From NCBI GenBank assembly GCA_001781415.1, contig MFLT01000006.1, forward strand, positions 9,387 through 63,538: DNA of 54,152 nt, in the 5' to 3' direction. Every line of letters starts with the position of its first letter. Position 1 is the first letter of the stretch. Both the position numbers and the translations under genes were made by a program. The stretch comes from Candidatus Kaiserbacteria bacterium RIFCSPLOWO2_01_FULL_45_25. Its GTDB lineage: Bacteria; Patescibacteriota; Minisyncoccia; Phycocordibacterales; UBA918. The notes beneath the pieces were generated by a model. The model saw nothing but the letters and a program-made list of their open reading frames with translations. It was not told where the DNA came from and searched no databases. Below, piece by piece: positions 48,890-54,152 of the stretch.

Positions 48890-48994
48890 GTGGCCAAACG
48901 CAAAATTGACTTTGAGTCCCATAGTCGGATCAATGACGAAAAGAGTCCAGGGTTTGTGATGTGGCCAAATACTAAAGGCAAACTGTGGTCTTGA
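48890..48994 (+). CDS. Small hypothetical peptide (34 aa)
   Basis: Not in the track. TTGACA at 48826, GAGGAG SD, MAKRKIDFESHS...GKLWS*, terminator immediately after. Confidence 0.45.
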   Translation: MAKRKIDFESHSRINDEKSPGFVMWPNTKGKLWS

Positions 48995-49047
48995 AAAGCC
49001 CCACCAATTTGGTGGGGGCTTTTTTTAATTCTCTTGGTTGGTTTCGT

Positions 49048-49899
49048 TTAACCAAGTTTTAGTTGGCGACGGTTTTTGTGATTAGTAGCAATAGTCTGGT
49101 AGGTGAAGACAGTCAAGAATATACAACCTTGCACGAAGACGATGGTGCCACCAGTAGCGATGTTGAAGTAGTAACTTGAGTAGGCACCAATGAGTGAACT
49201 CAAGATACTAATTCCAATGGCGATTTGCAGCATACTTGAAAAGCGTTTGGTTAACAGAAAGGCAGTTGAACCAGGTGTAATAAGCATAGCAATTACCAAG
49301 ATGATACCCACTGTCTGAATTGAACCAGTGATGGTAACAGCTAGTAGGGCAAGGAAAGCGTAATGAATAAAACGCACGGGCAGGCCAAGTGATTGGGCGT
49401 GGGTTGGGTCAAAACAGAAGAGTAGGAAGGTACGTCTAAACATCAGCACCACAACTGAGACTAAGGCCAGGATGATGAAGGTGTACCAAGCGTCGTTATC
49501 AGAGATGCCGAGCACTTCACCAAACAAAACGTGAGTGAGGTCAACTGAACTAATGATTTTTGAAATTAGCATCAACCCAAGAGCAAAGAGGGTAGTGAAG
49601 ACAATTCCCATCACTGCGTCTTCTTTAATCTTGGTGTTGTTCTTGATGTAGCCAATCAATATGACAGCGAGCATGGCAAATACAAAGGCACCAAGTCCAA
49701 ACGGAATGCCAAGCATGTAAGCTAGTACTACTCCTGGTAGCACCGCGTGTGAAATGGCGTCGCCTAGGAGTGACCAGCCTTTGAGCACTAGAAAGCAAGA
49801 CAGAATAGCGCAGGCTACTCCAACCACGGTCGATACCACTACGGCCTTAAACATAAAGGCGTATTGTAGTGGCTCTAAAATAAAATTAAGAATATCCAT
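49048..49899 (-). CDS. Mn/Zn/Fe ABC permease
   Basis: GDAISHAVLPG, FDP..A, VGIILVIAMLITP. Confidence 0.95.
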   Translation of the reverse strand: MDILNFILEPLQYAFMFKAVVVSTVVGVACAILSCFLVLKGWSLLGDAISHAVLPGVVLAYMLGIPFGLGAFVFAMLAVILIGYIKNNTKIKEDAVMGIVFTTLFALGLMLISKIISSVDLTHVLFGEVLGISDNDAWYTFIILALVSVVVLMFRRTFLLFCFDPTHAQSLGLPVRFIHYAFLALLAVTITGSIQTVGIILVIAMLITPGSTAFLLTKRFSSMLQIAIGISILSSLIGAYSSYYFNIATGGTIVFVQGCIFLTVFTYQTIATNHKNRRQLKLG

Positions 49900-49906
49900 A
49901 TAAGTA

Positions 49907-50653
49907 TTAATTAAATTTTACGTGATTAAGAACACCGTCAAAAGTTTTTTCTACCAGTTCACGGGTGAATACTTCTTTGGTTGGTCCGTAGGCAATAATA
50001 GTTGATTTGACCAAGGCCACATGGTCGCAAGTGTCTGGGAGTGAGAGCAGATCGTGAGTAGCCAAGATAATAGTCTTACCAGCTTCTTTTAGGGAAATTA
50101 GTAAGGCAATTAATGACTTCTCGGTAGTAGCATCAAGACCAGCAAAAGGTTCATCAAGCAGCAAGATGTCTGCACCCTGAGCGAGGGCGCGGGCTACGAA
50201 GACGCGTTTCTTTTGTCCGCCAGACAATTCACCAATCTGACGATTTTTAAATTGAGTCATGTTTACTCGCTCCAAAGCCGTTGCTACTGTCTCATGATCA
50301 ACAGCACTGGCTGTCTTAAAAATGTTTTGCGTACCCACTCTTCCCATCATTACTACTTCATAAACAGACACTGGGAAATCCCAGTCCACTAGTTCACTTT
50401 GTGGTACATAGGCTACATGTCCGTGTTTTTGGGCGGTATGAGTATCATCACCGCAGATAGTTACTGTTCCTGTCTGGGGAGTGACCAAACCCATGATGGC
50501 TTTGAAGAGGGTCGACTTTCCAGCACCGTTCATACCAATCACTCCAGTGAAAGTATGGTAGGCAATATCAATTGAAGCGTCTTTAAGAGCGATATTGTTG
50601 TTGTATCGAACATTTACATTCTTCAATGAAATGGCGATGTCTTTGGTTTGCAT
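49907..50653 (-). CDS. Mn/Zn/Fe ABC ATPase
   Basis: GMNGAGKST, YVPQ, LSGGQKKR, DEPF. Confidence 0.95.
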   Translation of the reverse strand: MQTKDIAISLKNVNVRYNNNIALKDASIDIAYHTFTGVIGMNGAGKSTLFKAIMGLVTPQTGTVTICGDDTHTAQKHGHVAYVPQSELVDWDFPVSVYEVVMMGRVGTQNIFKTASAVDHETVATALERVNMTQFKNRQIGELSGGQKKRVFVARALAQGADILLLDEPFAGLDATTEKSLIALLISLKEAGKTIILATHDLLSLPDTCDHVALVKSTIIAYGPTKEVFTRELVEKTFDGVLNHVKFN

Positions 50654-50658
50654 AGTAA

Positions 50659-51582
50659 TTAGTTGGTAGTTAGTCCACTGATGATGGTGTCGGCAGTGTG
50701 TTCAAGTAAATTAAGATAAGTTGAAGCTGGTCCGTCTGCTGGAGACAGTGAATCCACAAAGAGGACTCCACCCAAACGAGCGCCAGTAGCGGCTACTACT
50801 TCTTGTTGGATACGTGGCTCAACGGTACTTTCACAAAAGACCGCTGGGATATTTTTGGCTTTTACCACTTCAATAATCTTGGCGACTTGTTGTGGGGAGC
50901 CTTGAGATTCTGAGTTGATAGCCCAGAGGTATTCTTCTTCTAGATTATAGTCTGAAGTAAGGTACGAGAAAGCTCCTTCACAAGTCACTAAGACACGGTT
51001 GTTCTCTGGTAACTGGCCAAGGGCTGCAGCTAGCTTGGTATCAACGGCTCGAATTTTGTCTGAATACGCGGCAGCTCTGGCAGCGAAATATTGTTCGTGC
51101 TCTGGTGCGGCAGCGGTGAGCCCTTTACGGATGTTTTCTACATAAATAAGTCCTTGCTCTGGAGACATCCAAGCGTGTGGGTTTGGCTTGCCAGCGTAAG
51201 CATCTTCAGCGATGTATTGTACTTCAACGCCAGTACTGACCCGTACCACTGGGACATCAGGAATACTAGCTCGGAGTTTTTCGGTCCAGACTTCTAGGTT
51301 CATGCCGTTTTCAAACATGATGTCTGCTTTTGAGGCTTGGACTAGGTCGTCTGGGGTTGGTTGGTAACCGTGAATTTCTGCACCTGGTTTGGTGAGTGAG
51401 ATTGAGTTAATTTTGTCGCCACCAACTTCAGCGACCATGTCAGCGATGATGGTAAAGGTACTGAGAGCGGTGATTTTATCACTAGCCTCAGTATCTTCAG
51501 GTGATTGATAATTTGTAAAAGCAACATAGCCTGAGATGGCGATGATAAGTACAAAAACGGCAATCAATAAGTTCTTATTCAT
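50659..51582 (-). CDS. Metal ABC substrate-binding protein (TroA/SitA type)
   Basis: EIHGYQP, NPHAWMSP, CEGAFSY, VDSLS. Confidence 0.95.
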   Translation of the reverse strand: MNKNLLIAVFVLIIAISGYVAFTNYQSPEDTEASDKITALSTFTIIADMVAEVGGDKINSISLTKPGAEIHGYQPTPDDLVQASKADIMFENGMNLEVWTEKLRASIPDVPVVRVSTGVEVQYIAEDAYAGKPNPHAWMSPEQGLIYVENIRKGLTAAAPEHEQYFAARAAAYSDKIRAVDTKLAAALGQLPENNRVLVTCEGAFSYLTSDYNLEEEYLWAINSESQGSPQQVAKIIEVVKAKNIPAVFCESTVEPRIQQEVVAATGARLGGVLFVDSLSPADGPASTYLNLLEHTADTIISGLTTN

Positions 51583-51606
51583 ATAATTTATTATTAGGTT
51601 AATTTT

Positions 51607-52032
51607 TTAATGGGTAATCGGTGAACCGTGTGGGTCATGACTAGGGTGCTTGAGAAAAGTATCTAAACGTTTAATGGCTTCATCACTGAAGGCGTGCTCT
51701 AGGCGTTCGGCCTCGGCGTGCACTTGGTCTTTAGGCATCTTGAGGGTTTGATGCAAAAACACTTCAATTAAGCGATGTTTGTAGGTTAGTTGTTTGCCGA
51801 TACTGACACCTTTAGGAGTCAACTCTACTTGGGCATAGGGTGCAGCAATAGCTAGTCCGTCACGAACAAGTTCTTTTACTCTTTCAGAGACTGTTGATTT
51901 GCTTAGCTTTAGTCGCTCGGCAATATTGGTCACGCCGGTGTCACGGGCTGATTTATTGAGAATGTAAATCGCTCGAATGTAGTCTTCTTTAGTGGAAGTG
52001 ATACTTGGGTGGTCAGGCAACTTTGTTCGCAT
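51607..52032 (-). CDS. DtxR/MntR metal-dependent regulator
   Basis: EDYIRAIY, KHRLIE.FL, EAERLEH, DPHGSPI. Confidence 0.93.
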   Translation of the reverse strand: MRTKLPDHPSITSTKEDYIRAIYILNKSARDTGVTNIAERLKLSKSTVSERVKELVRDGLAIAAPYAQVELTPKGVSIGKQLTYKHRLIEVFLHQTLKMPKDQVHAEAERLEHAFSDEAIKRLDTFLKHPSHDPHGSPITH

Positions 52033-52041
52033 ATACGAACA
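52024..52041. promoter_or_regulatory. Probable DtxR/MntR operator overlapping the start codon
   Basis: TGTTCG-CATATA-CGAACA. Confidence 0.55.
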
Positions 52042-52198
52042 TTACATTATTACCGGTTTTTTGGCAAGAGAGGGAGGTGGAGATTGCAAAGGTATGAAAT
52101 GCACCATAGCTCGGCTTCATGTTACGTTTTTGCGTTCTTGTCGTTAGTCACTATGTAACAACAGCGTTGTTTATTATCTTAATTGTTACTATGTTTAT

Positions 52199-52948
52199 AT
52201 GAATAAAACAATTATTTTTGCGTCAATTGGAGCTGTTGCTCTGTTAGGAGTGCTCTTTGTTTTGCAAAATACACCAACTGATTCAGAAACGCCAAAATCA
52301 GCCATTGAAAACGCGCAGGTGGCTAGTGAGGCGGTGCTCTTTATCTCACCACACACCAACGAAACGGTCTCGGTTGTGTTTGGTGATGGGTCGGCCAAGT
52401 TTAGTAACGACACGTATAAGGATGTGCTAGTTCCGCAAGCGGAAGCCGCTTCGGGTTCACGCTATGTGAATGAAGAGTTAGGGCTCATGCTCTGGAATAA
52501 AGGAGCGGAGTTGGTTGTGTACGAAGACGACATTGTAATCTTTGAAGGACAGACCGAAGATTCTATGGGTAATCCAAACCCTGGCGCTATTGATGTTCTT
52601 GCTTCTGCGCTTCAGGCCAACTCTTGGGTCTGGAAGGAGACGCGCATGACTGATGGTACGGTCATTAAGCCTAAAGAAGTGGAATCATTCACTCTAACCT
52701 TCGACGGCAAAGGGAATGTCATTGGGCAGACAGACTGTAATGGCTTCGGTGGTAACTACACCGTCACTGACGATGTGCTCGCGATGGGGCCATTTATGAT
52801 GACAATGATGTATTGCGACGGTTCTCAAGAAATGGAATTCCAAGCTATGCTCGATGAGCCAGTAACCTTTATGTTTACAGATGCTGGTGAGCTAGTGCTT
52901 ACGCTGCCGCAGAGTAGTGGGTCAGTTATCTTTACTCCAGTGCTCTAA
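52199..52948 (+). CDS. MliC-like + META-domain exported protein
   Basis: AASGSRY...LWNKG (MliC-like); GQTDCNGFGGNY...TMMYC (META). Confidence 0.8.
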   Translation: MNKTIIFASIGAVALLGVLFVLQNTPTDSETPKSAIENAQVASEAVLFISPHTNETVSVVFGDGSAKFSNDTYKDVLVPQAEAASGSRYVNEELGLMLWNKGAELVVYEDDIVIFEGQTEDSMGNPNPGAIDVLASALQANSWVWKETRMTDGTVIKPKEVESFTLTFDGKGNVIGQTDCNGFGGNYTVTDDVLAMGPFMMTMMYCDGSQEMEFQAMLDEPVTFMFTDAGELVLTLPQSSGSVIFTPVL

Positions 52949-52954
52949 ATTGAG

Positions 52955-52992
52955 AAATAAAAAAGCACCCCGTACGGGGTGCTTTTTTATTT
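52955..52992. terminator. Bidirectional terminator (perfect 38-bp palindrome)
   Basis: AAATAAAAAAGCACCCCGTACGGGGTGCTTTTTTATTT. Confidence 0.85.
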
Positions 52993-52995
52993 GGG

Positions 52996-53535
52996 CTACT
53001 TTCGTCTGAGATTTAGGTAGAGGATGATTAAAAAGGCAAAGGTTATAGCTGAGAGTAAGGGGAATGTCACAAAGCCAAACAGATCAATCACCTTGAGTCC
53101 GCAGTCGGCACTGCCGTCGGCTAGACACGGCATAACGCCACCCCCGGCAGCTTCCTTGGGAACCATCTGGTATAGGTAATGGTAAATAGCCACCAAGAAA
53201 CCAAATATTGATAACGCCAAACTATATAGCGGAAAGTAGACACTCTCTTTGGTTTTGAATGCCATGACCGCAAAGAGGGCCTGTGGGTAGAGGGCAATTC
53301 GTTGTAGCCAGCAGAGTGAGCAGGGAACAAATCCAAAGTACTCAGAATATACAAGTGAAATTACCACACTACCAACGGTGATGGTGGGAATGATTATCCA
53401 AACAAATTTTTGGATAAAGCGATTGAAGTATTTACTTTGGCAGTAAAAGTAGTCTACGTATAGGCCAATAGTGAGAGCAAGCAATGCCAAACCTGAAGCA
53501 GCTAATAGGTAATTCAAAATGAAGAGTAAGGGCAT
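52996..53535 (-). CDS. Disulfide bond formation protein (DsbB/BdbC family)
   Basis: SL.YSE...PCSLCWLQR..LYP, second Cys pair, multiple TM helices. Confidence 0.92.
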   Translation of the reverse strand: MPLLFILNYLLAASGLALLALTIGLYVDYFYCQSKYFNRFIQKFVWIIIPTITVGSVVISLVYSEYFGFVPCSLCWLQRIALYPQALFAVMAFKTKESVYFPLYSLALSIFGFLVAIYHYLYQMVPKEAAGGGVMPCLADGSADCGLKVIDLFGFVTFPLLSAITFAFLIILYLNLRRK

Positions 53536-53555
53536 AGAACAATATTTTACTTACA

Positions 53556-54068
53556 CTAATCAATTTTTTCAGTTATTTCTCTCAACCTGTCATTTTCTTT
53601 TTTTAGTTCCGCCATTCTTAATTCACGGTCCACCATAAATTTATTCATTTTCTCCAAACTGTTCTTTTCTTTTAGGAGTAACTTCTCAAATTCTTTCTGC
53701 TTTGAAATATCTGTTTCCATTCCAATGAAGAATTTCACATTTCCATTACGGTCTACAACCGGAGATATATTGGCGAAGACGTGGTAAAGCTGGCCGTCCT
53801 TTCTCTTATTGATGAGTTCTCCTTGAAAAGATTTTTTCTCTACTTTGATTGTGTGCCATAGGTTATCAAAAACTTCTCTTGGCATTTGTCTTCCCCATAG
53901 AGCAGGAGTATTTCCCATTACTTCTTCTGGAGGGTAGCCGGTAGTCTTTTCCACCGCCGCATTGGCGTAAACAATAACACCGTCTGGATCAGTAATAATT
54001 ATGTGTTGAGTTGTATTTTCAACCGCTTCCTCAAATCTGTCTGCTAATTCAATTTCTTCTGTTTCCAT
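53556..54068 (-). CDS. PAS/PAC-domain protein with C-terminal coiled coil
   Basis: ITDPDG.I.YAN.A...TGY..EEV.G, NKRKDG, DISKQK, RELRMAELKKE. Confidence 0.88.
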   Translation of the reverse strand: METEEIELADRFEEAVENTTQHIIITDPDGVIVYANAAVEKTTGYPPEEVMGNTPALWGRQMPREVFDNLWHTIKVEKKSFQGELINKRKDGQLYHVFANISPVVDRNGNVKFFIGMETDISKQKEFEKLLLKEKNSLEKMNKFMVDRELRMAELKKENDRLREITEKID

Positions 54069-54152
54069 ATTTGGTTATTGTGGTGATAGACCAGTATTAG
54101 TTTGATAATGAATTAAAATTACGTTTAGGTAATTTTAGCACTGAATTTCATT

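Noticed and set aside
1-54152. CRISPR array, integron or IS element
   Set aside because: I saw no regularly spaced repeats, cas genes, integrase or transposase.

Overview
The window looks like a chromosomal segment of a small-genome bacterium, most likely Patescibacteria/CPR (Parcubacteria-like). This is inferred from gene content (cohesin/dockerin protein, TrmB-like regulator, CxxC-x17-CxxC protein, fermentative xfp-ackA) and from apparently leaderless core genes. Genetic code 11 fits. Housekeeping loci are xfp-ackA, smpB-ssrA, ftsH, recG, malic enzyme, Mn/Zn ABC + MntR and a MacB-type ABC exporter. They are interleaved with a defence island at 17.5-26.7 kb (type I RM with fused HsdM-HsdS, DUF6602-like nuclease, Dcm + GHKL/HEPN-motif protein, PD-(D/E)XK-like protein) and with many stand-alone orphan genes. 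The best candidate for an undescribed system is at 26.8-31.3 kb: an NrtR (Nudix-wHTH) regulator with three visible GT-N7-AC palindromic boxes, upstream of a GC-rich operon encoding a J-domain/pseudokinase fusion, a vWA protein and a divergent adenylosuccinate-synthetase paralogue that lacks the aspartate-binding loop. Other notable signals: a 521-nt tmRNA with a stem-bounded ~124-nt insert; a tRNA with the rare UAU (Ile) anticodon plus a duplicated 5' fragment; three paralogues of an unrecognised protein family; and two expression architectures (leaderless core genes versus SD + boxA-like-leader orphan genes). All assignments come from reading motifs by eye; no searches were run.
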